From Pseudomonadota bacterium (GTDB lineage Bacteria > Pseudomonadota > Alphaproteobacteria > Paracaedibacterales > CAIOTO01), in the NCBI GenBank assembly GCA_040387495.1, contig JAZKDQ010000009.1, forward strand, positions 1-64,000: a stretch of 64,000 bases of DNA, in the 5' to 3' direction. Positions 12,302-23,179 of this stretch are shown here, piece after piece. Under the pieces are notes generated by a model. It saw nothing but the letters and a program-made list of their open reading frames with translations. It was not told the origin of the DNA and made no database searches. The first letter of the stretch is position 1, and each line of letters starts with the position of its first letter. The translations under genes and the position numbers were made by a program.

Positions 12302-13447
12302 ATGAACCAACGAACGCTCGGTGCGACATTTCTTATTGCTGGCACAACCATCGGTGCTGGCATGCTTGCGCTCCCCATGACCTCTGCCAACTTTGGCTTT
12401 AAGCATAGCATCATATTATTAATTGGTATGTGGTTTTATATGTTAATCTCGGCGGGAATCATGGTTGAAATCAGTCATGGCAAAGGGCAAAGCATCGCTG
12501 CCATTGCTGAAAATCGGCTAGGTATCTGGGCGTCACGCACGGCTGCCACAAGCATGCTTGTTCTTTTTTGGTCATTGCTGTGGTGCTATATCTCGGGCGG
12601 CAGCTCGATTTTACATCAAGAAACCGGTGGCACTTTGCCCGTATCCATACTCGTCATTGCTTTTGCAGCCTTCTTTGGCATGTTTGTTATAGTTTGTACA
12701 CGCGCCACAGACTATGCGAATCGCTTTCTTTTTTTAACCAAAATTGTGATTTTCGCGATTATTATTGTGGGGTTATTCCCATTTATGCGTTGTGAAAACT
12801 TAACCACAATTACAGGCAATACGCAGCTTTCATTATATCATGTGATTCCCGTCTTTTTCACAGCCTATGGGTTCCATGGCAGTGTCCCAAGTTTAATTAC
12901 CTATCTTGATGGTGACAAAAAAAACATCTATATAAGTCTGACATTAGGCAGTCTCATCCCGCTATTAGTATATATTGTGTGGCAAACCATAACGCTAGGA
13001 ATTGTTGGCAACAATCTAAATGGCACAGAAGATCCAGGGCTTTTCATCAGCCATTTAACAACCAAAACGGGGCATCCATATCTTTCATTTTTGACAAATG
13101 CATTTGCTTTCTTGGCTATTGCAACATCCTTCTTAGGGGTTGCGCTAGGGCTATTTGATTACGTATCTGAATGGTTTAAAAAAAGAAACGATGGGAAAAC
13201 ACGCTTAAAAGTAGCAGCCCTAACCTTTGGTTTGCCACTGGTACTAGCGCTCATTTATCCCAATGGATTTATTACAGCATTAGGTTGTGCAGCGGTAGCG
13301 CTCAGTTTCTTAGCCGTTGTTTTGCCATGTTTAGTTGCTCTAAAAGAAAAACACTCTACGTCGTTTTTGATGAACAAAGGGTTAGTTGTGCTAATCTTGC
13401 TTGGCGGTGTGATCGTTATTGCGATTGAAGTGATTTTAAAAAGTTAA
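12302..13447 (+). CDS. Aromatic amino acid permease (TyrP/Mtr family)
   Basis: AGTTIGAGMLALP, YGFHGSVPS, TSFLGVALGLFD. Confidence 0.9.
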   Translation: MNQRTLGATFLIAGTTIGAGMLALPMTSANFGFKHSIILLIGMWFYMLISAGIMVEISHGKGQSIAAIAENRLGIWASRTAATSMLVLFWSLLWCYISGGSSILHQETGGTLPVSILVIAFAAFFGMFVIVCTRATDYANRFLFLTKIVIFAIIIVGLFPFMRCENLTTITGNTQLSLYHVIPVFFTAYGFHGSVPSLITYLDGDKKNIYISLTLGSLIPLLVYIVWQTITLGIVGNNLNGTEDPGLFISHLTTKTGHPYLSFLTNAFAFLAIATSFLGVALGLFDYVSEWFKKRNDGKTRLKVAALTFGLPLVLALIYPNGFITALGCAAVALSFLAVVLPCLVALKEKHSTSFLMNKGLVVLILLGGVIVIAIEVILKS

Positions 13448-13501
13448 AAATCCATCAATCGCAACAAAACCTTATGTCCACCACAGATAAAATGATTGTT
13501 C

Positions 13502-13843
13502 TTAAACTTTTTTCAAAAAACAGGCCTTTAGCATAAATTGCCCAAGATCTGTTTTGCAATCCACTTCATGGTCTCCGCCAACCAAACGAATGCTCTTAAT
13601 TTTAGTGCCTACTTTAAGCGTAATAGAGGATCCCTTAACCTTAAGGTCTTTGATAATTGAGACTGAATCACCATCTGATAATATGTTGCCATTGGAATCT
13701 CGCACAACTGAGTCATCCTCATCGCTTACATCAGCCGCGTGCTGAGACCATTCATGCCCACAATCAGCACACATAAAAGAATTTCCATCTGGATACGTAT
13801 TTGGCATGCCACATTGAGGGCAAGGTGGAATCGTCGTTGTCAT
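13502..13843 (-). CDS. yjdM: PhnA/YjdM zinc-ribbon protein
   Basis: CPQC...CADCGHEW, RDSNGNILSDGDSV, KDLKVKG. Confidence 0.9.
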   Translation of the reverse strand: MTTTIPPCPQCGMPNTYPDGNSFMCADCGHEWSQHAADVSDEDDSVVRDSNGNILSDGDSVSIIKDLKVKGSSITLKVGTKIKSIRLVGGDHEVDCKTDLGQFMLKACFLKKV

Positions 13844-14073
13844 TATTTTCGCTTACTAAAAATGTTGTTAATTCAATATAACACGCGTGTGAGTCACTTG
13901 CTAAAGATACATTGACGCCTATAACGATTTACCTCTAATTTGATTATGATAGTGTCTACCTTAGTTTTCCTCAGAATTAACTCCGTCTCAACTAGCTGCA
14001 GGAAAATTAAAAACTTGCATCGAATGATTCCAGATAATAAAATATGCTATAAACTTTCAAACAGAGAAATATT

Positions 14074-14307
14074 ATGCTAAGGAAAGTAATACTAATTAGC
14101 GTTTTTGCAATAAATTGATACGCAATGGAAGAAACTAAAAACAACGAAGAAATAACGATACTTATGGCAAGATTAAACACACAACGTTTTGCAGAACCAC
14201 TTGATGACTCCGCTAAAAAGAAGAATGATGTTAAAAACAGACGAACACAGCCTGACCCCAAAGCAGATTCGATGTTTATAGATGGAATCTATGCTGCTGG
14301 ATTGTAA
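14074..14307 (+). pseudogene. Small secreted orphan with TGA inside its signal peptide
   Basis: Reads MLRKVILISVFAIN*YAMEE..., with TGA at 14116-14118 in frame. Confidence 0.5.
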
Positions 14308-14345
14308 TCATTTCTAAAAATGGCTAAGATCTAAATTAATATAAA

Positions 14346-14430
14346 CACGGGGGGTGCGCCATATCGGCGCTGAGAGGATTTGATCCAACCCCTAGAACCT
14401 GATTCGGCTCATACCGACGGAGGGAACGTG
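14346..14430 (+). promoter_or_regulatory. TPP riboswitch
   Basis: GGGGTGC...GCTGAGA...ACCC..GAACCTGAT...ATACC..CGGAGGGA core; P1 CACG/CGTG; precedes the thiamine-precursor ABC genes. Confidence 0.95.
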
Positions 14431-14433
14431 CAA

Positions 14434-15129
14434 ATGAACATAAACCATATCTATTCCATTGCGCTTGAATCGGATGCGCGTGGATTCTTTTCACCCTTTC
14501 AGCTGATGCTTAAAAAAGGTCAGATCACCTGCCTTGTCGGCGAAAGTGGCTGCGGAAAAACAACGCTGCTACGGTTGTTGTGTGGCCTTGATACGTGCCA
14601 ATCCACCCAAAATTTCACCGCATCTGATGTTGCGTACATGAGCCAGTTGCCTAATTTATTGCCGTGGCTTTCGGTGATTGACAACCTGTGTTTGGCACAG
14701 AAACTAACGAACGCGCCATCACAAACGGATGAAGCATTGGCGCTTTTAACACGCGTCGATTTGTCTCATATCGCACACCGCTATCCCAATACGTTATCTG
14801 TCGGCATGCGACAACGTGTGTGTTTGCTGCGCACATTTTTACAAAAAAAACCTATTGTGCTTTTGGATGAGCCGTTTTCCGCTCTCGATCATGATACGCG
14901 TATTGATCTGCAATCGATGTTGGTGGATTTGCTTATCGAGACCACCGTATTATTGGTGACGCATGATTGGCTAGATGTAATGCGGCTGGCGCAAAATGTC
15001 TATGTGATAAAAGGCTGGCCGGCTGTGCTTGCACCGATGCATGTGAATCTGCCAACGGCCGCTGTGCCGCGCCGTGTGGATTTTGATGATTTGTTTTCTT
15101 CTTTTGATAAAGGAAACGTCCCATGCTAA
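14434..15129 (+). CDS. thiZ: ABC ATP-binding subunit (ThiZ-like)
   Basis: GESGCGKT, LSVGMRQR, LLDEPFSALD; start moved to ATG 14434 after the riboswitch. Confidence 0.8.
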   Translation: MNINHIYSIALESDARGFFSPFQLMLKKGQITCLVGESGCGKTTLLRLLCGLDTCQSTQNFTASDVAYMSQLPNLLPWLSVIDNLCLAQKLTNAPSQTDEALALLTRVDLSHIAHRYPNTLSVGMRQRVCLLRTFLQKKPIVLLDEPFSALDHDTRIDLQSMLVDLLIETTVLLVTHDWLDVMRLAQNVYVIKGWPAVLAPMHVNLPTAAVPRRVDFDDLFSSFDKGNVPC

Positions 15130-15878
15130 TTCTCAAAAAATTCATTAAAAGCGCCCTCTGCCTCGCCGGGCTTATCGCTTCCTGGCAACTCGCATGCACA
15201 TACTTCACAATCCCTGAATACCTACTCCCCAGCCCAACAGCCATCGGGCACACCTTTTACACCAACGCAAATCTACTTAGCGTACACAGCATTTACACAG
15301 GTGTCGAAGTCGTAACAGGAATTCTTCTTGCCATATTTTTCGCATTGCTGTGCGGCGTCATCTATACATTTTTCCCTAAGTTCGAACGCTTTCTGCGCCC
15401 TGTTCTTGTCGTTATGCAAACAATGCCCAGCTTTTTGTTCATGCCGTTTTTATTGTTATGGTTTGGTTTTGGCGTGGTGCCAAAAATGATTATTGTCACG
15501 CTTACCGGGTTTTTCCCGATCACCCTGGCGTTCATCGAAGGGTTAAAACGCCCGTCCGCTTCGTTGCTTGAACTTGAAACATTATTCCATGCAACACCAT
15601 TTCGTGCATTTCTCTATTTACGTTTACCAGCTGCTTTGCCCGCCTTTTTCACAGGACTTAGATGGGCCTGCCTACAAGGATCCGTCGCGGTGATCGCGGC
15701 CGATTGGTTAGGGTCAAGCCATGGCTTGGGCTATTTAATTCTTACCAGTTATAGTCGGCTACAAATCCCGTTATTATTTTGCTGCGTCATTATTTTAATT
15801 GCATACGCACATGCGTTGATGCGCGCGTCTGGGTGGGTGGAGCAGTACTGCATTTTTTGGGAAAGGGAAGTGAGATGA
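15123..15878 (+). CDS. thiX: ABC permease (ThiX-like)
   Basis: SsuC/TauC-type permease: LLPSP, LRLPAALP, GLGYLI. Confidence 0.8.
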   Translation: MLILKKFIKSALCLAGLIASWQLACTYFTIPEYLLPSPTAIGHTFYTNANLLSVHSIYTGVEVVTGILLAIFFALLCGVIYTFFPKFERFLRPVLVVMQTMPSFLFMPFLLLWFGFGVVPKMIIVTLTGFFPITLAFIEGLKRPSASLLELETLFHATPFRAFLYLRLPAALPAFFTGLRWACLQGSVAVIAADWLGSSHGLGYLILTSYSRLQIPLLFCCVIILIAYAHALMRASGWVEQYCIFWEREVR

Positions 15879-16786
15879 AAAAAGTATCTTGTTTAATCGT
15901 ATTACTATTAGCATTTCAGACAGTAACCTTTGGGAATAAAGAATCCATTAAAACCCCCGTCAAAATTACCCTTGAATGGTTTATTAACCCACACCATACC
16001 CCCTTTATCATTGCACAAACGAATGGTTACTTCGCCGATGAAGATCTCGATGTGACATTCTATCCTGCAAATGGTTCACAAGAAGGTTGCCGGCAAGCCC
16101 TACAAGGCAGCGTTGATTTTGCCATCACACACGAACCACAAGTGTTAATTATGGATGCTAAAGGAATGTCGCTTGAAACAGTCGCTGTGATCATTCCTGA
16201 AACAATGGAGGTCATTCTAAGCCTTATCCCACTAGATAAAGCTGGCAATAACCTGTTAGGCAAGACACTTGCGCACGGCAGCAGTGGCGCGGGCAGTTTA
16301 ACCTTTGCGGTGATGCATCAGGTGCTTAAAAGTCAAAATGTATCCGAAAAGGATGTCACAATCATCCTGGCAAAAAATTCCTCGGTCAGTGGATTTATAG
16401 CAAACAAAATTGACGTGGTATTTAACCTGTACCGAACGTATCAGCTGCACGACATTAAAAAACATATGAAACGGCCGTTCTTTGTGTACGAGCTAAAAGA
16501 TTTTGGCGTGCCAACCTTTGCATCGATGGTGCTCGTGTGCGGCACAACTGTATCTACTGATGTGAAATCAAAAGTGGCACGTGCGTTGCAAAAAGCAGTG
16601 GATTATATCCACACCAATCCCGATGCAGCATATGAACACGTACGTCTTTATCGATCCGAACTCGATACCACTGAAAACAAAGACCTCTGGCCATCGGTGC
16701 ATCCCATTTTCGCAAAGGACGTGACACCACGGCGATCAACATCAGCGCTAAAGGATTTTTTAATGGATGCCAAATTTTATTTATAA
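15875..16786 (+). CDS. thiY: NMT1/THI5-family substrate-binding protein (ThiY-like)
   Basis: Signal peptide, LEWFINPHH, GYFADEDLDV; ATGA overlap with thiX. Confidence 0.8.
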   Translation: MKKVSCLIVLLLAFQTVTFGNKESIKTPVKITLEWFINPHHTPFIIAQTNGYFADEDLDVTFYPANGSQEGCRQALQGSVDFAITHEPQVLIMDAKGMSLETVAVIIPETMEVILSLIPLDKAGNNLLGKTLAHGSSGAGSLTFAVMHQVLKSQNVSEKDVTIILAKNSSVSGFIANKIDVVFNLYRTYQLHDIKKHMKRPFFVYELKDFGVPTFASMVLVCGTTVSTDVKSKVARALQKAVDYIHTNPDAAYEHVRLYRSELDTTENKDLWPSVHPIFAKDVTPRRSTSALKDFLMDAKFYL

Positions 16787-16857
16787 AATAGGTCTTTAAT
16801 TTTAGAAAATAATCTTTATATAATATATATCGTTTAATTTAACCCAAGAAAAAATAT

Positions 16858-17598
16858 ATGCTTTACAACACGCCTTCATACATCATCAAAATAACATTGT
16901 TGAGTGCCATCTTAATAATGACGGCACATGCAATGCAAGTTCAGGAAATTGATCAAAGCGTTGCAATGTCAATACGATCAAATGAAACTGTATTCACATA
17001 CAGAACTAACGAAACTCTAGCTATGCAGACACCAACCTATTTAGTGTATATGTGGGTCCCTGTTGCTTTGCCAAATTACCCAGAAACACGCATGCAACAG
17101 CAACATGCAATACCTCCGATGGATGTACCTGAAAGTAATTTTTATGCCGTTAATCAATACAGTGAAGAATCGAGGCAAACCCAAGAATGGTAGGACAGAA
17201 AAGTAGCCGAAGCAGACTTTTGTATTAACTTAGGGTACCAATGCAAAAATCAAGGATATGATATTCAAATAAGCCATCACAGTAAGGCGTTGCAAATTGC
17301 AAAAGAGATCAATGATTCTTTTTTTATGACGCGGGCATATATCGCGTTTGGAAATGTAGAATGCTGGCGACGCCACAATATAGAAGGTGTTACACATTAT
17401 TACATGGCTCTTTGTCATGCAAATTTTAATCCTAAAAATACAAAGTCTATAGAGAATATAAAAAGACTGGCTCAAGATAAAAGAATTTACATAAAGAACG
17501 ATTTAAATGATGTGCAGAACTTAGACGATTTGACAATTGATTCCATAATTGCCATTACTCTATTTTTTCCTGAATTAGCGAATCAATATATACGGTAA
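16858..17598 (+). pseudogene. Secreted TPR-like protein interrupted by an in-frame TAG (17191-17193)
   Basis: Frame continues DRKVAEADFCINLGYQC...HSKALQIAKEINDSFFMTRAYIAFGN (TPR-like) into ORF 17290-17598. Confidence 0.6.
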
Positions 17599-17740
17599 AA
17601 AGCAGTTCAAAACCAAATAAATGATTTCTTGTTTGCTCGACAGCCAAGGCTATGCCGTAACACGTTTCCTGTGGATCTAGCTGACAGGATCAAATCCAGA
17701 GCAAGACACAGGGAGAAAAATTTCAGTAATGGCTATATTC

Positions 17741-18643
17741 TTAAAATAAACTGCGAAAGTAATTCGAAACCTTGTTTAAACATGAACGCAGAAATGATTG
17801 CTGACCACTGTCACTATCAGAGAAAACACGCTTAACCGTTTTAGAAGCTTCCTCAAAGGCAGTGTCTTTTAAAGGTTCACCATGCGCTGTAATAAGATGC
17901 TTAAATGTCATTGTTTTAAGAAGCCTGTGAAAATCAGCCGCCTTTGTTTGGGTTGCGCCAAGCCAGATATGGGAAATATTTGCTGGCTTTACCAGCCCTG
18001 CAGAGGTGAATGATTTAGCAGTTTCAGCATTATAAAAGTCATCCGTGCATGTAATATTTTGGATGCTGTCACAGGAAATAAGGACTCCCCCATCACGTGC
18101 GATATACAAAATACCTTCTGGGAGTGTTGATGTTTCGAAAACAAAGAAAGAAGCATCTTTGAAAGGCATTTCACCGCCTGGTATTAAATCACGATCAGCT
18201 TTCAACCCACTTTCATAGGCCATTCCTTTTACGTTCCAAAGCAAAGAATTGGGATAGCGATCCCGATAGAACGCATCATCGCGGCCATGAAACACGCCAA
18301 TTTTGGCAATGTGCGCAACTTTTCCTAAACGATCCAGCTCTGCAAGACCTTTGTCATCCAACCGAACCGTATTGATCAAGGTGAGCTCATCCCCACTGCG
18401 CACGATCACCATATTACGGCTTGTTTGAATCTTATGCCCCTCGTGCTCAGTTTTGTTTGTTCCCGTTACAAAAAAAACATCCTTGAAAATTTCTTGTATT
18501 TTCCCGTGAGGCCAAACAGGCGTAAATTGAGAAGTGTGTGACGTTGGCATGGATTCGCTCCTATTGGAATGGTTTTTTAATGACGCGTCACTTTTACTAA
18601 CCGCATGAGTTAAATTGATACACATCAATACGTGCATATTCAT
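17741..18643 (-). CDS. Hypothetical protein, probable metallo-beta-lactamase-like fold
   Basis: RNMVIVR, GVFHGRDD, LISCDS, LITAHG; start uncertain. Confidence 0.6.
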   Translation of the reverse strand: MNMHVLMCINLTHAVSKSDASLKNHSNRSESMPTSHTSQFTPVWPHGKIQEIFKDVFFVTGTNKTEHEGHKIQTSRNMVIVRSGDELTLINTVRLDDKGLAELDRLGKVAHIAKIGVFHGRDDAFYRDRYPNSLLWNVKGMAYESGLKADRDLIPGGEMPFKDASFFVFETSTLPEGILYIARDGGVLISCDSIQNITCTDDFYNAETAKSFTSAGLVKPANISHIWLGATQTKAADFHRLLKTMTFKHLITAHGEPLKDTAFEEASKTVKRVFSDSDSGQQSFLRSCLNKVSNYFRSLF

Positions 18644-19023
18644 TATTACAACGAGCCACTTAAATGAGAATTCTTTTTTACCTAACAACAAGTGACGCGC
18701 CTTTTTCTAAATCATAAGACACATATATTACTATATAAAAAACTAAAAAAAAATATAATTTCAATGTAAAAATAAATATCTGGAATCGATAAGATAGATT
18801 TGCGTGCTAAGAGCGCATGTTTTTGATGAATCCTTTTAGGTTTATCATCAACCTTCGTTACTTTTTAGTAAATACGCGTGCAATTTTATTTCGCTTTAAC
18901 GAAGGCTGACTTGCAGAGAAAGTGCAGTAATGGCAACACATAGCTGTTGATTACGTGATTTCATATACAAATCCCGTCAAAATTGCTAAATTGTCATAAT
19001 CAAATAATTTAAAAGACCCATCC

Positions 19024-21864
19024 ATGGACTATAAGACTTCTGTTTTTTTGCCTAAAACCAATTTTTCAATGCGTGCAAATCTTGCTGCACGCGAGCCAGA
19101 AATCCTCGCAAAATGGGAGGCTGACAACTTATACCAACAGCTCCGCACCATAAGTAAAGGCCGCCCTAAGTTCGTGATGGCGTTCGGCCCGCCGTATGCA
19201 AATGGGAATATCCATATTGGGCACGCACTATCAGAAGTTTTAAAAGACATAGTCAACAAAACAGCGCAAATGAACGGCTTTGACGCAGGTATGATTCCTG
19301 GTTGGGACTGCCACGGGCTTCCGATCGAATGGAAAATCGAAGAACAATACCGTGCAAAAGGCCTCAACAAAGATGACGTCGACCCACTTGTATTTCGCGC
19401 TGAATGCCGAACATTCGCTGCACACTGGACAGAGCTTCAAAAGGTAGAATTTAAACGTCTTGGTATCGTTGCAGATTTCGATAATGCCTATTCAACCATG
19501 GCGTTTGAAACAGAATCAAAAATCGTGGCTGAACTTGGTAAATTCCTCATGAATGGCTCGCTTTACCGTGGCCTTCGCCCTGTCATGTGGTCAGTTGTTG
19601 AAAAAACAGCACTCGCTGATGCCGAAGTTGAATACAAAGACCACACCAGTGATTCTATCTATGTTGCGTTTAACATCGTCAAAACTGAAATTGCCGCTTT
19701 GGCTGATGTATCGGCTGTTATTTGGACGACAACCCCATGGACAATCCCAGGCAACCGCGCCATCGCCTATGGCGACGAAATTGAATATGTGGTGATAAAA
19801 GCAAATCAAGCAACCGACTTAATTACCGCCGGCCGTCAATTTTTGATCGCAAAAGACTTAAGCGGCGCGTTCTGCAAAGCGGTCGGACTCGACGATTTTG
19901 AAGTAGTGTTTAAATGCACAGGCCATGAACTTGCCGGCACTATATGCGCACACCCATGGCGCGGGCACAAAGATGCCCAAAAAGGATATAACTTTGACGT
20001 ACCGTTTTTACCCGGCGACCATGTAACCGTTGATGCAGGTACAGGTCTTGTACACACAGCACCTGGCCACGGTATTGAAGACTTTGAAGTTGGCAAGAAA
20101 TTTGGTATAGCCGTTCCTGAAACAGTCCAAGGGGATGGCACGTATTATGAACATGTCCCACTGTTCGCTGGACTGCATATCTTTAAAGTAAATCCAGCTG
20201 TAATCGCAGCGCTGACTGAAGTTGGTGCACTTTTGCAAACATCGAAATTGTCACACAGCTACCCGCATTCATGGCGTTCAAAGGCTCCGTTAATTTATCG
20301 CACAACCGCGCAATGGTTTGTATCGATGGAAACAACTGGTCTTCGTCAAAAAGCGCTTGAGGCAATTGATAATGTTGAATGGTTCCCGGCTTCCGGTAAG
20401 AACCGCATTAAAAGCATGGTTGAATCACGTCCTGATTGGTGTTTATCACGTCAACGTGCATGGGGCACACCGATGACGATTTTCGTGAACAAACGCACGG
20501 GCGAACCCCTTCGCGACCCAGCGGTTCATCAACGCATTGTTGATGCGATTAAAGTTGAAGGTGCTGACGCCTGGTTCAAAACCGATGGCGCGCATTTCTT
20601 GGGTGCAGACTATAACGTTAACGATTATGAAAAGATCAATGACATTCTTGACGTCTGGTTTGATAGTGGCTGTACACATTCATTTGTGTTGCGCGATAAT
20701 CCTGATCAACAATGGCCAGCAGATGTATATTTAGAAGGCTCCGACCAACACCGTGGCTGGTTCCAATCATCCTTGCTACAAAGTTGCGGCACAGCGGGTG
20801 TTGCACCGTATAAAAAGGTTGTTACACATGGATTTGTGCTTGATGAAAAAGGCTATAAAATGTCAAAATCGCTGGGCAATATCGTGGCTCCGGCAGAGGT
20901 CATTCAAAAGTACGGCGCGGATATGCTGCGTCTTTGGATTGTGAATTCCGACTATACCGAGGATTTACGCATTGGAAGTGAAATCCTAAAACATCAAGAG
21001 GACATCTATCGTCGTTTCCGTAATACACTCCGTTATTTGCTAGGAGCACTTGATGGCTTTTCAGAGGCCGAAGCCCTTGATTCACACAACATGCCATTGC
21101 TTGAACAATGGGTATTGCATCGCTTGAAAGAAGTCGAAACAGCACACCAAAAAGCCATCGAAGCATTTGATTTCTCAGGTTTTTATAATGAATTGCATCA
21201 TTTGTGTGCCGTTGATTTGTCAGCATTTTACTTTGATATTCGTAAAGATTCACTGTACTGCGATGGAACGGATTCAATGCGTCGCCGTGCAACCCGGACG
21301 GTAATGAACCAGGTGTTTTTGTGTCTGACACACTGGTTAGCGCCTGTGCTTAGCTTTACGGCCGAGGATGCCTATCAAGAATATCAAACACAAACCAATA
21401 GTGGGGCAAGTGCAGCTGATAAAGCCAGCATCCACCTGTCACAGTTTCCAAAACTGCCTGCTACATGGCATCAACCAGTGCTCGCTGATCGTTGGGAAGC
21501 CATTCGTAAGATTCGCCGCGTGATTACATCTGCGCTTGAACTAGAACGTGCTGCAAAAACGATCGGAACAAGTTTGCAAGGCGATGTTGCCCTTTATTTG
21601 TGCGCAGACAAAGCGGCTGTTTTGCAAGGACTTGACCTGGCAGAGCTTTGCATTACATCAGCAGCTAAAATTGTATTGGCACAACCACCAGCGGGCGCAG
21701 TGACATTGGATGATGTGACAGGTGTAGGTGTTGTTGTGAATGTGGCTGAGGGTGGCAAGTGTCAACGTTGCTGGCGCGTCTTGCCTGAAGTTGGCGAGGC
21801 AAATTCAGATCGTGCGCATAACGATATATGCGGTCGTTGCGAGGATGTTGTGGTTGCCAAGTAG
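19024..21864 (+). CDS. ileS: Isoleucine--tRNA ligase
   Basis: PPYANGNIHIGH, GWDCHGLP, KMSKS, C-terminal CQRC...CGRC zinc site. Confidence 0.98.
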   Translation: MDYKTSVFLPKTNFSMRANLAAREPEILAKWEADNLYQQLRTISKGRPKFVMAFGPPYANGNIHIGHALSEVLKDIVNKTAQMNGFDAGMIPGWDCHGLPIEWKIEEQYRAKGLNKDDVDPLVFRAECRTFAAHWTELQKVEFKRLGIVADFDNAYSTMAFETESKIVAELGKFLMNGSLYRGLRPVMWSVVEKTALADAEVEYKDHTSDSIYVAFNIVKTEIAALADVSAVIWTTTPWTIPGNRAIAYGDEIEYVVIKANQATDLITAGRQFLIAKDLSGAFCKAVGLDDFEVVFKCTGHELAGTICAHPWRGHKDAQKGYNFDVPFLPGDHVTVDAGTGLVHTAPGHGIEDFEVGKKFGIAVPETVQGDGTYYEHVPLFAGLHIFKVNPAVIAALTEVGALLQTSKLSHSYPHSWRSKAPLIYRTTAQWFVSMETTGLRQKALEAIDNVEWFPASGKNRIKSMVESRPDWCLSRQRAWGTPMTIFVNKRTGEPLRDPAVHQRIVDAIKVEGADAWFKTDGAHFLGADYNVNDYEKINDILDVWFDSGCTHSFVLRDNPDQQWPADVYLEGSDQHRGWFQSSLLQSCGTAGVAPYKKVVTHGFVLDEKGYKMSKSLGNIVAPAEVIQKYGADMLRLWIVNSDYTEDLRIGSEILKHQEDIYRRFRNTLRYLLGALDGFSEAEALDSHNMPLLEQWVLHRLKEVETAHQKAIEAFDFSGFYNELHHLCAVDLSAFYFDIRKDSLYCDGTDSMRRRATRTVMNQVFLCLTHWLAPVLSFTAEDAYQEYQTQTNSGASAADKASIHLSQFPKLPATWHQPVLADRWEAIRKIRRVITSALELERAAKTIGTSLQGDVALYLCADKAAVLQGLDLAELCITSAAKIVLAQPPAGAVTLDDVTGVGVVVNVAEGGKCQRCWRVLPEVGEANSDRAHNDICGRCEDVVVAK

Positions 21865-21946
21865 AACGAATATATTCCAACCCCATAATTTTCCTGCAAT
21901 TTAACCGTAGCGACCATGCGTTTCTACGGTTAATCGTTAAAATCAT

Positions 21947-22966
21947 TTATGCCTCTAACCCCAGAGTCCTTAACAAGGTAACAGTAGACACAAGATTTCG
22001 ATTGCGACGACCTTCCACACAACCACCCTGGGTTAGCCAATTTTCAGGAATCCCTAACAGGTAGTGCGTAAAATCAGGGCTACCATGCTCAACAAAATCA
22101 CTTACAGTACCTACTAGTCTGCAAAATAGTTCTGAATCATCTCCTGAAAGACCAGCAAAATATCCAGGTAACTGAGCGGCAACACTGTTAATACTATGTT
22201 CTTGGCCATTCTCTCTTAGGATCGTTACAGCTCTATCACGTGCTTGTGTTGCATCAAACGTAATCTGACCACCCTCATTTCCACCTAACCTCAGCGTGCG
22301 AATAATATTAAGAACTGCGGCATTATGTGCATTGTAAAAACCATCATAAAGATGAACATCTAAGTCCTGAGCATTTGTGGGATTAACTGCTATGCACGCA
22401 TTTAAGATAGGTGCAAAAAGTGCACGCTGTTGTTGAATCACAGAGTAATCCGCACGAGTAGCAACATAGTTTTCTATGTATTCACGCTGTTCAGCAATAG
22501 CCAGCCCAAGCATACGTTCTTGCATATTTTCCAATGCAAATAAATTGAGGTCAGCCTGCTCTGCAGCACGATTATCAGCAATGCGTTGTTGCTCCCGCAA
22601 AATAAATTCCGCTGGTGTGGCATCAGGATTTTGCTCCTGAAAGGTAAAATATTCCATTAACTGCTGTGGATTATCAGCAAATACAGTAATAGGATCATCA
22701 GCAAGAATAGGCGCTTGATATACAGCATGCCCTATGGGTGCAATTTCGTAACCATCTGCAGCAGGCGCACCATACTGATCCCTTTCAGCTGAACGTCTAA
22801 TACGTTCTTCATGTTTTTGCTCTAAAAAAGTATTGGCTGCCACTGTATCTTGCGTTACCAAAACAGACCAACGATCAAAATCTTCTTCATTCAACTGGGA
22901 AGAATCCATACAAAATCCATTTCCAGCGATAAATGCTGTTGTTAAAAATAGTGCTAATCTCTTCAT
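21947..22966 (-). CDS. Secreted hypothetical protein
   Basis: 339 aa, signal peptide (GFCMD), C-terminal GCVEGRRNR. Confidence 0.7.
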   Translation of the reverse strand: MKRLALFLTTAFIAGNGFCMDSSQLNEEDFDRWSVLVTQDTVAANTFLEQKHEERIRRSAERDQYGAPAADGYEIAPIGHAVYQAPILADDPITVFADNPQQLMEYFTFQEQNPDATPAEFILREQQRIADNRAAEQADLNLFALENMQERMLGLAIAEQREYIENYVATRADYSVIQQQRALFAPILNACIAVNPTNAQDLDVHLYDGFYNAHNAAVLNIIRTLRLGGNEGGQITFDATQARDRAVTILRENGQEHSINSVAAQLPGYFAGLSGDDSELFCRLVGTVSDFVEHGSPDFTHYLLGIPENWLTQGGCVEGRRNRNLVSTVTLLRTLGLEA

Positions 22967-23179
22967 AATCTTTATATCTTTCTATTTCTGCGAAGTAATT
23001 TACTTTATCCATACATACTATATAATAATTAATAAATCAATTTTCAATGGTAAGAGGCTGTTTTTTTAATGCACATAGAACCAGTTAAATAAACAACCTT
23101 AATTTAAAATTGACCCACAAATGCTAACGTGTTACTAGTTTTCTTAAGAAACATAAAAATACCTTAAAAGGACTAACAT

